Part shown: one piece after another, positions 41,167 to 55,817 of the stretch
How positions within the stretch are numbered: position 1 is the first letter of the stretch
Layout: each line of letters begins with the position of its first letter
NCBI GenBank assembly: GCA_964016885.1
Contig: OZ024747.1
Span: forward strand, 8,122,001-8,186,000
Direction of reading: 5' to 3'
DNA length: 64,000 nucleotides
Source of the DNA: Eledone cirrhosa
Taxonomy: Eukaryota
The notes under the pieces: model-generated
The model's input: the letters and a program-made list of their open reading frames with translations, nothing else
Databases searched by the model: none
Told to the model about the DNA's origin: nothing
Program-made: the position numbers and the translations under genes

Positions 41167-42072
41167 ATGTAGTAAGGTTAGATGAGGCACAACCAAGAAA
41201 ACTACTAAAAGTTCAATTGGTTTTGCCTCAGTTCAGTCTTATGTATTTTTATTCTTTTACTGGTTTCAGTCATTTAACTGTGATCCGGTATGGAACTTAT
41301 TTTATCAATCTCTATTTGCTGAATTACTAAGTTACACTTTTACAGAAAACACTGGTTTTTACATAAAAACACACACAAAGGACATAAATAGAAGACAGAT
41401 ACACGTGAACGAACACTCATGAGAGGCTTTTACAGTTAATATCTACTGGTTTCCATTTACAAGCTATTAATAAACACAAGGCAATGGTAGAAGTCATTTT
41501 ATCAAGGTGCAATGATGTAGACTTGAACTTGGAACCATATATTTGCAAAGTGAACTTCTTAACCAGATAGCTACGCCTGTGTCATATATATATATTTATA
41601 TGATTTATAAACTTTTCTTAAAATTATATACAGAGTAAAAGCTATAGCTTATTTCTGTCTCAGTACTGAGCAAGTAAGCATCACTGATGATGGGTAAAAA
41701 TCCAGAAACCTGTACCTGGTATTCTTACACAGCTACTGAGATAGCTGTGACATGATCATTGCTTGAAACATTCACAGTGAGACTTATATATGTCTATTAT
41801 ACATAAATATATTGTATATACCTTTATATACATCTCTATTATGAATCACACCCTGTTAGTACTACTGCTAATACAGAGTAATTTTTATATTTTTCAGTGT
41901 ATAATGGTACGTCTATGTATGTGTGTGTATTTTTGTGTATATATCTATATATGTGCCTATATGTATATGTCAATGTGTGTATCTATGACTGTGTATGTCT
42001 ATATATTTATTTGTATGTCTGTATGTGTACTTATGTGTGTATGTGTATATATATGCATGAATGTGTGTGTAT

Positions 42073-42414
42073 ATCATCATCATCATTTCATTTTACGTCC
42101 GCTTTTCCCTGCTTGCAAGGGAGGGATGGGAACTGGTTCTGGCTTGATTTCTACAGCCGGATGCCCTTCCTAACACCAACCTCATTTACAGTGAGTGCTG
42201 GGTGCTTTTTTACCGTGGCACCTCCACGACCACTTTGTAGTGGAATGATAGGGACCCCAGTCCCTATCATCTCATTTCTACAGCTGAGTAAACTGGAGCA
42301 ATGTGAAATAAAGTGTCTTGCTCAAGGAAACAACACATCACCCGGTCTGAGAATTGAACTCACAACCTTTCGATTGCAAGGCCAATGCTCTAACCACTAA
42401 GCCATGTGCCTCCA
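42073..42414 (-). mobile_element. SINE family A, full length
   Basis: Minus strand: A-box tggcttagtgg, B-box gagttcaattc, CORE-like segment, ggaagggcatcc segment, (tga)n tail. Confidence 0.9.
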
Positions 42415-42851
42415 TATATATACATATATATTTGTTTCGCGAGGTTTTTGATATGAAATCGTGTGTCGAAACACTATACACTCACGCATGCGCAGAGAAG
42501 AAGACAAAAATAAATAAATAAATAAACAGATAAAATAAAGATGGCGTAGACATACAATACAACAGGAGGAACATAATAGCACCACTGACGATGTTGCAGA
42601 TATGCAACGAAAGAACTTTGTTAGACTATATATATGTGTTTATATCTATATTATATCTGTATTTTTGACCGTTGGTCAGTCAATGGTAAACATTGAGGAC
42701 CGAATGAATTAACTGATATAAAAGATACAGAGGCGAAAACCAACCAAACAGTGAGTGTGTCCTGTTATTAATTCTGGCAATATTATTACAACAATATGAC
42801 ACTCCCCAAGTATAACAATATATATATATATGTGTATATATATATATACAC

Positions 42852-42891
<40 letters not shown>

Positions 42892-43682
42892 GTGTATGTA
42901 TATATATATACACATGTGTATGTATATATATATATATTTATATATATATCTGTGTATATGTGTGTATATATATATATGTGTGTGTATATATATATGTGTG
43001 TATATATATATATGTGTAAATATATATATATATATGTGTGTATATATATATATATGTGTGTATATATATATATGTGTGTATATATATGTGTGTGTATATA
43101 TATATGTGTGTGTATATATATATGTGTGTATATATATATATATTGGTGTGTATATATATATGTGTGTATATATATATATATGTGTGTGTATATACATATA
43201 TATGTGTATATATATATATATATATATGTGTATATATATATATATATATATGTGTATATATATATATATGTGTGTGTGTATATATATGTGTATATATATA
43301 TGCGTGTATATATACATATATGTGTGTGTGTATATACATATATGTGTGTATATATACATATATGTGTGTATATATACATATGTGTGTATATATATATATA
43401 TATATCTGTGTGTGTATATATATATATATGTGTGTATATATACATATATGTGTAGATATATATATATATGTGTGTATATATATATATATATGCATGTATA
43501 TATACATATATGTGTGTATATATATATATATATATGCGTGTATATATACATATATGTGTGTATATATACATATATGTGTGTATATATACATATATGTGTG
43601 TATATATACATATATGTGTGTATATATACATATGTGTGTATATATCTATATATATATATATTTATATATATGTGTGTATATA

Positions 43683-43757
<75 letters not shown>

Positions 43758-45437
43758 ATATATATATATGTGTGCGTGTATGTGTGTGTATATATATACA
43801 TACATACATACATACACACACGTGTGTGTGCGTGTGCATGCCATTGTTTGTATTTTATAACAATACAGAATCTCCAATCAATTTTGGCCCTTCACCATAT
43901 TAGTTTTCTGAAGTATCACTTAAGAACAGTGAAAATCTTTCGTTGGTATATTGGAAATTAATGTTTAAAAGATGATCTTATAGCATTCCAACTTTCTTCC
44001 AAACTTGTTTAATTAATGATTTTCCTAATTAGTTTCACTTATTTTCATTTGTCAATGTTGGCACCTATCAGAAAATCTATCTGGCAAGAAAAAAATAAGT
44101 CCCCCTAAAATCCATATCTTTCACCATTCTAGGTAAAGGAACTTATAAATGAACACCTCAGCAATCACCCTTAGTCTCACCCATACACAGACACACACAC
44201 TCTCTCTCTCTTTCCCTCTTCTCAGTAAAGGAACGATTGACTTTCGTCAAATCTGATCGAGGAAACAATGTTTCCATTGTTCTTTCGAATTGCTAATACT
44301 ATCTATTGGTCGCAACTCCAGGTAGAAGGGGCAACGTGAAATAAAGTGTCTTCCTCAAGGACATAACGCATCGCCCGGTCTGGGAATCGAACTCCCAACC
44401 TCACGATTGCGAATCAAATTCTCTAACCACTCAGCCACACGCCTTCAGTAAACAGAGGGAAAAAAGGAGACTTCAGCAAACAACATTAACTCTTTTGCTC
44501 CCAAACCAGCCAAAACTGGGTCTGGTTCTATGAAACTATAGTCTGAAGTCTGTCTCAAGCCCAAAGACTTCTCAGGTTGATGTTTATCCCAGTTTCTATT
44601 GTGTTAATTGACTGAAAATACAAGACTCTCCCCTGGACAAGATACTAGTCCATCACAAGGTCAAACCCCCAGCTATTACTGGTACTCATTTTCAGCTGAG
44701 AATTCTGGAGCAACATGAAATGAAATGTTTTGTTCAAGAAAAAAACACACAACCCAGCCCAGGAATCGAACTGATGACATTATGATTGTAAGTCCAACAC
44801 ATTTACCAACTTGGACATCTAACCCTATATATTTTCAATTCTTTAAAGACAGAGCAGTTTATAAATAAAAACAAATGATTAATGAGTTGTCTTATCATTT
44901 TCAGTCCACAACTAACGATGTTACCATTACTAATGATTAGTGCCACTACAAAGGACGTTAGGGAAAAGTGAAGAAAAACATAATATGAAGCAGTTTATCA
45001 CCATCATTTTTATGCCTAGTTTCCTGACAGGCATGGTTTGGATAAGGCTTTTTGAGATAGAATTCTATGGTCGGAATTTGAGCTGTTTAAATTTATCTAA
45101 AAACCTTCCATCATTCTTTAACCTTTGTTAAGCTATGTTCCAAACATAGTTTTAAATTATTAAAGAAACACTTCCCCACTCAAAGCATGAATATTATAAA
45201 TCTTTAACAAAACTCTACTAAAATCTAGTAACACCTAACTTTGCCCAAATCTAACATACCCAAACTGAACCAACCTATTCAGAACCAAATCGTTACTAAT
45301 TGCATTTGCGTTAACTGTCTAGCCAAAGGCGTAGTACACTAGTGCACTGTACAAACTAATAACTCATTTAAGGCATATATTAGTTTTGCCTCAAATCCCT
45401 TTAAACTCTGTTTTAACCAACATACACACATGATAGA

Positions 45438-45621
45438 AATACTTGTTTCTACTTTAGGCACAAGGCCAGCAATTACCCAGTGCATTACTGGTACTTTATT
45501 TTATCAACCCCGTAAGGATGAAAGGCAAAGTCAACCTCGGCGGGATTTGAACTCAGATCGTAAAGGGACGTAACTATGCTGGAAAGCATGGTGTCCGACC
45601 CTCTACTGATACTGCCAATCC
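45438..45621 (-). mobile_element. SINE family B in a protocadherin intron
   Basis: TSD cacacatgatagaaata on both flanks. Confidence 0.88.
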
Positions 45622-46152
45622 ACACATGATAGAAATAATGCCACCTTACTTTCTAGTTATATCTAGGATTTCAAAACTAAACAAAGCCCAAAGAATATGA
45701 CTTAAAATGGAATGATCTATCTAAAGTTAAATCATATTTCAACAATAAAATAAAAAAATTCTCAATCTTTGCACAATTTTTACCTTTCCTTCCATTCAAT
45801 TCTTACCTGTCTTATCTGACTTTGTTACCTTAATATTTACAACCTTTTCTGCATTGTAACAGCTTCCTAAAGATACCTACTTTTACTTTACTTTTCATGA
45901 TAGGGCTGAGGCCCCTACCATTAAAACAGCAGAGAAACCTCCCATGAAATGCAACCTTGTAGGAGGCCAGCAAAGCCTGCATAGGTGTGAGTTGTAACAA
46001 CACCATGATAGGACAGTGGCCCGCTATCATTTAAACACCTAAAGAACCTTCTTTTTGATCCAACCTTGTAAGAGGCCAGCTAAAGCTATGCAAGTGTGAA
46101 CTGTGAATTTCATTTTTTTGTGGTGGTGTTATCTACTGCAGATGTGTCTTTT

Positions 46153-46588
46153 ATAATAATAATAATGAAATATTGTGTACAGTGCTCAGGTGCACTACAA
46201 CTCATCAAAAAGTGTATGTACAGTACATAGGGTAATGTACAAACATCAGGAAAATGAACAGTGCACGAGTCATGATACACACATGTGTGCATGTGTATGG
46301 AAGGGGTACATCAGGTGTAGTTTTGGCGTATTTTGGGAAGCATGAGTGTCTTAAAGGATGCAGTGTCTCGACAGCTAACAACTGACGCAGGCAGTTTGTT
46401 CCATGCTTCAGCAACTCTGAGCGTGAAAAAATGTCTACGAAAGTCATGGGAGCTGTGCTGTTTTCTGATTTTGTAGGCATGTCCACGTGTGTTAGACACA
46501 TGGAGATCAAAGAGGTGCTCAGGGTTGCAATTGGCGAGATGGTTAATAACTTTGTGGGTATTTACCAAGTCCATTGCCAGACGTTGGA
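46153..46588 (-). mobile_element. CR1-clade LINE 3' fragment
   Basis: RLAMDLVNTHKVI...TRGHAYKI...RRHFFTLRVAEAWNKLP...FK; 3' hairpin gtgcacctgagcac; (ATT)n tail. Confidence 0.9.
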
Positions 46589-46681
46589 TTTTCATCATGT
46601 TTACATCTATTCTAAACAAAAATATTTATATTATAAATATTATATATGGTATCAATATATAATTAGACTTAAGCTATATAC

Positions 46682-46835
46682 CTGGTATCTCTTCATATGG
46701 GCTTGTATCATTTTTATTCACACTATGGCTATACTTTCTAGTCAAGGATGATAGATTATTACGATAATAGTCCGGAGATGGTAAGTGTTTGACTTGAGTT
46801 CTGGCAGATGTACCTCCAACTTCTTGTATACATGC
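46682..46835 (-). CDS. Pcdh: Predicted protocadherin coding exon 2 (ACIQEVGG...SPYEEIP)
   Basis: Polypyrimidine acceptor tttcatttcctttttgttgtcaaag| and donor CCAG|gtatat (phase 1). 154 nt open in phase 0, matching the exon-1 donor. Non-repetitive S/T/Y-rich peptide. Confidence 0.7.
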
Positions 46836-47834
46836 CTTTGACAACAAAAAGGAAATGAAAAAAAAATATATAGAGATAGATATACTTAATACTTCTTTAT
46901 AATTAAGTCCAATTAAATATATCACATTCTAAGATTTTAATTCAATTTTCACATGAACTTCTAGAATTTCAAACCTACAATTATCAAACAAAAAAAACAA
47001 CAAAAAAACAAACAACAAAAAACAAAACAAAAACAAACAAAATCGTATTTAGGACAAAAAAATAAATAAATGAAAATAAAATTAACAAATAAATTTTTAT
47101 ATCAAGTTACCGTGGTAATTTTCATTTAAAATTTAAAAGAATAAAAAAAAAAATATGGCCTATTTTATAATTTTTTAGGAATTCTCTTATTTTTATATAT
47201 ATTTTATAGAAGAATGTCGCAATTTGCCTTAAAGCAAATCAAAGCTCTACATTTTGGCTGGCGAAAAAGCACGACTAACTCGCATATATATTTATTTATT
47301 ACTTAATTTAAAAAAAAAATTATTTTCTTAGTTGCATCCTTGATGATGATGATACATACTAACTAACACTCATGTTGCTGCTACTGCTGTTAAAGACTTA
47401 TAACAATAATTTCATGAAATAAATAACAACTGTTCTTAAGAGAATTAAAGTATCTTGCCTGTGTTAATGGTGAAACAAAAGAAGTCTTTCTATGGTAATT
47501 TTTTCCACACCCAACTCTCCTATTACATCCTTCTATTTGTTTAGTTATTTGTTTTGTTAGTTATTTAGTTGTTTTCTTTATTATTTCTTTTCAAACTGGA
47601 TTAAAACTATTATTCAATTAACAAGGCCTCATTAAGTTGGTTTAATCAGTAGTGTATAATTTAATAATGTGCTTTAGAGAAGACCATTGTGTGTTTGTGT
47701 GTATGTGTGTGTGTTGTGTGGGTGTGTGCATGTGTGTGTGCGTGTGTATGTGTTGTTTTGTGTCAGTGTGTGTCTGTGTAAATATGTATACATAAATGCA
47801 CTTGTATGTTATATGTGAATGTAGATGAATGGCT

Positions 47835-48385
47835 CACAAGAGCAGTACAAGCCATGTAAAAAGATGTCAGTAAAATGAGAATGGGCAATGACTTTAGTGA
47901 GGAATACAGTGTGTAGGCTGTTCAGCAGAGATCAATTTATAGTCCACTACTGTTTATTATAATTGTCCAAGCTATAACAGAAGAGTTCAAGGCTTGATGT
48001 CTATTAGAACTCCTATATGCTTCTGAATCTGCGGAAGGTTTAGCAAAGAAATTCAAGACATGGAAACTAAACCTAGAATCAAAAGAAATCAGAGTAAACT
48101 TAGTGAAGGCTAAAGATTTAGTAAGTAGGAAAATATGTAGGAAAATATGCTGAATATGTAGAAAAGGAGTTAGGGAGAAACTGGATATGGTGAAACCAGT
48201 GTAAACTATGAGTACACAAGAGGAGTAGTGGGATCATAGGCAGGATAACACAGAAAAGAGAGTTTAAGTAGGGTAGATGTAGAGAAGTAACAATACCAGT
48301 GATATTCATGCCTTTCAAACCAAAGAAGGTTCTGTAGAAGTATGTGACAAGTTTCTGGTACCTCGGTAAGCAAATTAACAGTAGA
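47835..48385 (+). mobile_element. Degraded RTE-type LINE RT fragment
   Basis: SPLLFIIIVQAITEEF, ELLYA, TWKLNLESK.IRVN..KAK, decayed Cys-rich VHKRSSGI segment; many stops. Confidence 0.65.
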
Positions 48386-48387
48386 TA

Positions 48388-48949
48388 GCTACATCAGAAC
48401 ATTGACCTCCTGGAAACTGTTCAGAGACGTGCAACCAAGCGCATACCCTCCATCAGACACCTACCATACTCTGAACGCCTTGCTTCCCTGGGCATGGATT
48501 CATTGAAGCTCCGACGTCTGGCAATGGACTTGGTAAATACCCACAAAGTTATTAACCATCTCGCCAATTGAAACCCTGAGCGCCTCTTTGATCTCCATGT
48601 GTCTAACTCACGTGGACATGCCTACAAGATCAGAAAACAGCACAGCTCCCATGACTTTCGTAGACATTTTTTCACGCTCAGAGTTGCTGAAGCATGGAAC
48701 AAACTGCCTGCGTCAATTGTTAGCTGCCGAGACACTGCATCCTTTAAGACACTCATGCTTCCCAAAATACGCCAAAACTACACCTGATGTACCCCTTCCA
48801 TACACATGCACACATGTGTGTATCGTGACTCGTGCACTGTTCATTTTCCTGATGTTTGTGCATTGCCCTATGTACTGTACATGCACTTTTTGATGAGTTG
48901 TGGTGCACCTGGGCACTGTACACAATATTTCATTATTGTTATTATTATT
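48388..48949 (+). mobile_element. CR1-clade LINE 3' fragment (same family as 46153-46588, inverted)
   Basis: NIDLLETVQRRATKRIP..LPYSERL..L..SLKLRRL..RGH..WNKLP, with the same 3' UTR and tail. Extra short 3' ends at 48953-49070 and 59886-59930. Confidence 0.92.
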
Positions 48950-49697
48950 ATATCATGACTCATACACTGTTCATTTTCCTGACATTTGTACATTATTCTA
49001 TATACTATACATGCACCTTTGATGAGTTGTAGTGCACCTGAGCACTGTACACAATAATTTCATTATTATCATCACTTAAACAACCACAAGTATATACATA
49101 ACTGATGGGTTTATAAGCCTTCTCAAGTATAGCCCTTCTAAATTTATTTCTTTTTTATGTGCAGCGGATTGTTGAACTTGCTGGTGAATTGATGGTCATT
49201 TTTGTTCTTACTTCCTCTTTTTTTTTTTCTCTCTTTGTTTTTGTGAGGTTCCTGAGCAATAGTTAATTGTATTTGTTATATGTGTTTATTAACGACATTA
49301 TATTTGTAATGTTATTCTGAAAGAATTGTGAGCAATTTGTAATGTTATTTATATATATATATATATCAAAAGCATGTATTGAGTTAGAAACTCAAAATAG
49401 TCTCATTACAGTAAAATTAGCTCTAGGAAAAATGTTTTTCCGAGCCGTATAGTATAACTGAAAAAAAAGAATAACGAACACAGACATATGCATGTATGCG
49501 TTCAAATCGTAATGGACCAGAAACGCTAAGGTGAACAAAATACTAACTATAGACAATAGGGTTTGCTAGACTCAATTTAAGAATAAATCAAGAAAAATAA
49601 ATACAAACCAGTATTGTGGTAACTACCATTCCCCCGTGTGTGTGTGTGTGTGTGTGTATATATATTATTTAAATCAAGTATAGTAGTATCACTGAAA

Positions 49698-50938
49698 TTG
49701 TGGTGATAGATGGCAGTGATAGTGGTGGTGGTAGTGGTTGTAATGGTGGTGGTGGTAGTGGTTGTAATGGTGGTGGTGGTGAGTGGTGGTGGTGGTAGTG
49801 GTTGTAATGGTGGTGGTGGTGAGTGATGGTGGTGGTGGTAGTGGTTGTAATGGTGGTGGTGGTGAGTGGTGGTGGTGGTGGTAGTGGTTGTAATGGTGGT
49901 GAGTGATGGTGGTGGTGGTAGTGGTTGTAATGGTGGTGGTGGTGAGTGATGGTGGTGGTGGTAGTGGTTGTAATGGTGGTGGTGGTAGTGGTTGTAATGG
50001 TGGTGGTGGTGAGTGGTGGTGGTGGTGGTAGTGGTTGTAATGGTGGTGGTGGTGAGTGATGGTGGTAGTGGTTGTAATGGTGGTGGTGGTAGTGGTTGTA
50101 ATGGTGGTGGTGGTGAGTGGTGGTGGTGGTGGTGGTAGTGGTTGTAATGGTGGTGGTGGGGAGTGATGGTGGTGGTGGTAGTGGTTGTAATGGTGGTGGT
50201 GGTGAGTGATGGTGGTGGTGGTAGTGGTTGTAATGGTGGTGGTGGTGAGTGGTGGTGGTGGTGGTAGTGGTTGTAATGGTGGTGGTGGGGAGTGATGGTG
50301 GTGGTGGTAGTGGTTGTAATGGTGGTGGTGGTGAGTGGTGGTGGTGAGTGGTGATAGATGGCAGTGGTAGTGGTGGTGGTAGTGGTTGTAGTGGTGGTGA
50401 TGGTGGTGGTGAGTGATAGTGGTGAGTGGTGAGTGGTGAGTGATGGTGGTGAGTGGTGATAGATGGCAGTGGTAGTGGTGGTGGTAGTGGTTGTAGTGGT
50501 GGTGGTGAGTGATAGTGGTGAGTGGTGAGTGGTGAGTGGTGAGTGATGGTGGTGAGTGGTGATAGATGGCAGTGGTAGTGGTGGTGGTAGTGGTTGTAGT
50601 GGTTGTAGTGGTGGTGGTGAGTGATGGTGGTGAGTGGTGAGTGATGGTGGTGAGTGGTGATAGATGGCAGTGATAGTGGTGGTGGTAGTGGTTGTAGTGG
50701 TGGTGGTGGTGAGTGATAGTGGTGGTGGTAGTGGTTGTGGTGGTGGTGAGTGATAGTGGTGGTGGTAGTGGTTGTGGTGGTGGTGAGTGATGGTGGTGGT
50801 GGTAGTGGTTGTAATGGTGGTGGTGGTGAGTGGTGGTGGTGGTGGTAGTGGTTGTAATGGTGGTGGTGGTGGTGGTGGTAGTGGTTGTAATGGTGGTGGT
50901 GGTGAGTGGTAAGTGATGGCAGTAGTAGTGGTGGTGGT
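49698..50938 (+). repeat. Compound (TGG)n/(CCA)n low-complexity array
   Basis: TGG runs punctuated by tagtggttgtaa, gagtga and gatagatggcag. Confidence 0.95.
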
Positions 50939-52470
50939 AATCAAACAAGGTACATAGACTAGAGAGAGAGATATTGTTGATGTTTCAGCTTCTAACACAA
51001 ATATATTATAGTATTACAGTACAGTATTACACTAGGTGAGAACAATAAAAACATGATAGACATTTCTAAAATGTAGCATAGCATAATTAGCAAGGAAAGA
51101 AAAATAGGCTAAAATACTGTAATTTTTTACAATGATCTATCCACTAGTGAATATACTAAAACGATTTGCATTAACAAACCTGTTATTAGATATTTTCTGT
51201 TACATCATTACAGGACGTTAAAGGATTATATTGTAAATTGCCAAACCATTCTGTCCACTAGTAAATATACTATAAACATTTGAATTAACAAACATGTTTT
51301 TAGATATTTTCTGTTAAATCATTACAGGAGATAATACTGCAAATTTTCAGAACAATCTGTAAAACTCAAATATTTTATAAACATTTGAATTAACAAACTT
51401 GTTTTCAGGTATTTTCTGTCAAATTATTACAGGATGTTAAGAAATAATACTACAAATTTTTATAATCTGCTGACTAGTAAAGATACTATCAACATTTGAA
51501 TTAGTAGGCCTATTTTAGATATTTCTGCTAAATCATTACAAGCTGTTAAGAGATAATATGGCAAATTTTCACAATGACCTGTCCACTACTAAAGATACTA
51601 GAAACAATTAAATTAACAAAGCAATTTTTAGATATTTTCTAATTCATTAAAGGATGTTAAGAGATCATAAAGTATATTTTCACAATGAACTGTCCACTTG
51701 TAGAGAAACCAGTTTTAAAATATTTTCTAAATCATAGGATTTGTAAGCGATAATATTTAAAAATTTTTACAAAGACCCACCAACTAATAAAGATGCCATA
51801 AACATTTGAATTAAAGCTGTTTCCAAATATTTTCTGCTGAATCACTATAGGATGTTAAGAGTTAATATGTTGTATTGAATGAAGCTGAAGCTGCTAAGAA
51901 TTTCTGAGAATGTCTAATAATACTTTGAGAACAATAGCTGCCATAGATAACATGCAAGCATTTCTATAACAAATGAGGTTCTCTGCCATAAAAGCCAGAA
52001 ATCTTTTACAAATCTTATTAGCAGCAAGATGTCTCCTCAAAAGTACTGACAGAAGCTATTGTATGAATTTATATAGCCAGGTGAGTACAAAATGAGCAAA
52101 ACAGGTAATATTAGGTAATAACAGGTCTTGTTGTTGTGCTGATAATAAAATAGGAGGGATTGAATGATGAATACATTGAATTAAAGAATATGAAAAGAAG
52201 AGAAAGGGAGTTTAAAGGTTTTCATTTCCAGTAGATAAAAGATTTATCAGTATATCTATATATATATATCTGGAACAAAGCACTATTAATGCACCAACAA
52301 TTTATCAATTGCCCCACCACCACATATATATATATATATATATATATATTGGGTTTCTTGGATGCTTGCTTCCATTCTTTAGGAGAATTCATTTGAGAAG
52401 TGAACAGACCCCAAACTGAAATTTCTTCCAAAATCTCATCCTGTTTCGCTCTTTTTTTTTTTTTCTCAGA

Positions 52471-52817
52471 ATCATCATCATCATCATTTCATTTTACGTC
52501 CGCTTTTTCCCCTGCTTGCAAGGGTGGGACGGGAACTGATTCTGGCTTGATTTCTACAGCTGGATGCCCTTCCTAATACCAACCTCATTTACAGTGAGTG
52601 CTGGGTGCTATTTTTCTGTGGCAACTCCACGACCACTTTGCAGTGGAATGATAGGGACCCCAGTCCCTATCATCTCATTTCTACAGCTGAGTAAACTGGA
52701 GCAATGTGAGATAAAGTGTCTTGCTCAAGGAAACAACACATCACCCAGTCTGAGAATTGAACTCACAACCTTTCGATTGCAAGGCCAATGCTCGAACCAC
52801 TAAGCCATGTACCTCCA
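52471..52817 (-). mobile_element. SINE family A, full length
   Basis: Near-identical to 42073-42414. Confidence 0.9.
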
Positions 52818-55419
52818 TTAGAATAAGAAAACAAATTTTGTTCAAGTAGAAAAAAATTTTAAATCTAAGAATTTGAATTATTCTATTTTAATCATGTAAT
52901 TGTTTATGATAGGGATAAAGCTGGAATGGTGATAAAACTGAAGTATAATAAGACAGCTTGAACTACATTCAGTAAAATGGTTGATGTTAGAAAAGTCATT
53001 CAATCATAGAAAACTTGCTAAACATAGGGTTGAAAGGACTGTTCAATTGTGACATGATATAATATAACCTCTTTAGTGCTGGTGCCATGATAAAATGCAC
53101 CCAGTACACTCTGTAAAGTGTATCAACGTATGTAAATATAATGTTGGCTCCAGTCCATTTGTGAAGACAGTGGCTCTGATTAAGTGATTATTTTGTCTGT
53201 AATGACCTGTCCAACCTATGCTAGCATGGACAAGCAGGCATTAAAGGAAGAAGATGATGATGATGATGATGGTGTACATACTGAATAAACTAATAAAATA
53301 ACGGCTGAGATTAATTGTTGCTAAAAATACAATCAAAACTGTTTGTTTTTGTTGTTGGAAGTCCATTGATTCTGATGACAAATGTTCTAATTATTTCAAC
53401 AGCGTACTTATGAAATTATCAAAGACACGTGTACCGTTAGTGTATGTACTCAAGGAGATTCAGCCCCTTTGAATTGCAAGTACAATCCACCTTGTACCAA
53501 AATGTATGTGGCTGAGTATTCCATAGAAGAGCATACCTTTAATTTAGTTCTCAGGTAGTGTCAGCACAATATGATGTGTGACAATTCATCGGTACAATTC
53601 ATTTTTACCAACTGAGTGAACTGGAGCAATGTGAAATAAAATGTCTTGCTCAAGGATACAATGTACTACCAGGAATCAATCTCACAACCTTACATTCATG
53701 AATCAAACACCTTAAACACTTAGCTATGTACCTTCACCTCACACACTGGTCATATTGAGATTTTGATCAACCCTTTCATTACCATATGTCAAATAAAATA
53801 TACAATCCATGTGTTACAGCAGGGATTTAGTAGAGATTAGTAAATTAACTGAACTTTCATTATTAAGAGGGCAGTATCGGTAGAGGGTCGGATGCCATGC
53901 TTTGCAGCAAAGAGTTATGACCCTTTATGGTCTGAGTTCAAATCCCGCCGAGGTTAACTTTGCCTTTCATCCTTACGGAGTCAATAAAATAAAATACCAG
54001 TAATGTACTGGGATAATTGCTGGCCTTGTGCCAAAAGTAGAAACAATTATTAAGATAGTGTTAAGAACATATAATTATTTCTACTTTAGGCACAAGGCCA
54101 GCAATTACCCAGTACATTACTGGTACATATAAAGGAAGGTCTGAATATGAACAGAAACTTTAGAAAATGAGATGTTTTTTTTTTATATTATAAAACTACA
54201 GGGAATTTCATGTGTATTGGTGTAAAAAAGGGTTAAATACAACCAATGCCTGATTACTGAAATAAAGGATCATATATGATGATATTATCTTCTTCAGTAT
54301 AACATAAAACTCATTTTATATCATAAACAAATACTTTTATTTTAGAAGTTCAAAGCAACACAATAGAGAATAGAAAGAAACAAATGAACTGAGAGAGAAT
54401 CTGGGCATAAGAGTGATCAGATGCAGTGTGCAGGAGCGCAGATTGTAATGGTATGATCATGTGGGGTGTATCAAGGATTGAGATCTCTGGTGTTATGCAG
54501 TACTGCAGAAGACCCACCTTTCCATGCGTATGGGATGAAGCAACAACTAGTGGTCTCTAGTATTCATTACTTCCCCATGAACCATGCACCACTTCCATAC
54601 ATCCCCATGTCTTAATACCCCACCCTTCAGCAGCTAAGTACCCCACCATGACCTACCTCTCTAATTCCCACTCTACATACATACACCCACCACATTCTAC
54701 TTCTGAGACTCCCCTCCTGATAAACCCATGTATACAAGCAACCAAGCCAGAAACAGTTCTGTGTGAACAGCATATGGACATCTGACCTGCCTTGTTTCAC
54801 CTCGAGACAACTCATCTAACCCATGCTAGTGTGGAAAAAAATGGACATTAAATGATGATATAGACACAGCCTTTACGACACTATTTGCTGCACATGGAGG
54901 CACACACACACATATTCACAGTGATAATACACTCATTCATACACACAACACAAATGATGTATACACCACTTCAACACACATACAGGCAAAGAAGAATGAA
55001 AAGCAACACACACACTCATGACATTTTTTCCTTTACTATCTCTTCTAAACTAACATCTTCCCTCTCCACAAATTACATTTTCCTGATGAAGGACTAATGT
55101 CCAAGGCACTGAAATATTCTCTTTGCTCTTTAATAACTTGATATATATAAATATACATATAATACAGTATATAGAGAAGAAAACACAGAAAGGGGTTATA
55201 TTTTCATTTACAAGGGGTAGAAAATCACTAGTGAAGGATATAAAGTCTACGAAAAGTGGAGAAAATACATAATAATTAAGAGGTAAAATTAAAATGTAAA
55301 CCCCCCTCCTTTATATATATTAAAACAACAGATTAAAGTTTAAAAGCAAAGAATCGCTGCTTTCACCCTTAACAGGATCTTCTGAATCTTCGGATTTTAG
55401 TCTTCACATTTATTATTAT

Positions 55420-55501
<82 letters not shown>

Positions 55502-55817
55502 AAATCAGGATGGATTCAGTTTGAAACTGGTTAGATCATTACGCAACAGAGTACTCAATAATTGGGGTAGTAGAGTATGGTTATATTATAGGCAGTTATC
55601 CCTCACTCTGATGCTACAGGCTGTCAACCTTTCAATATTCATAGCTAGGCTTTCAAAATGTTTATTTTTTAAACATACTGCATATCTTTAGATATACGAA
55701 ATTCACATACATATATATATACAGTTATGTTGAAACTAGATTTTAATATATATATGTGTATATATATATAGAGAAAACTGAATGAGATTTTGGTGATTAA
55801 TATAATTCATAACTTAC

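Noticed and set aside
42345-42414. tRNA genes
   Set aside because: The A/B boxes belong to SINE heads fused to body and tail; no complete cloverleaf is evident.
49577-50998. 473-aa and 419-aa Pro/Thr/His-rich ORFs (mucin or extensin-like), or a telomeric array
   Set aside because: Stop-poor (CCA)n repeat inside an intron, open in more than one frame; not TTAGGG.
55083-55120. CTGATGA hits at 55083(+), 9426(-) and 38445(+) as hammerheads
   Set aside because: Stem II is not directly closed by GAAA, or stem I is missing; compatible with chance or heavy decay.
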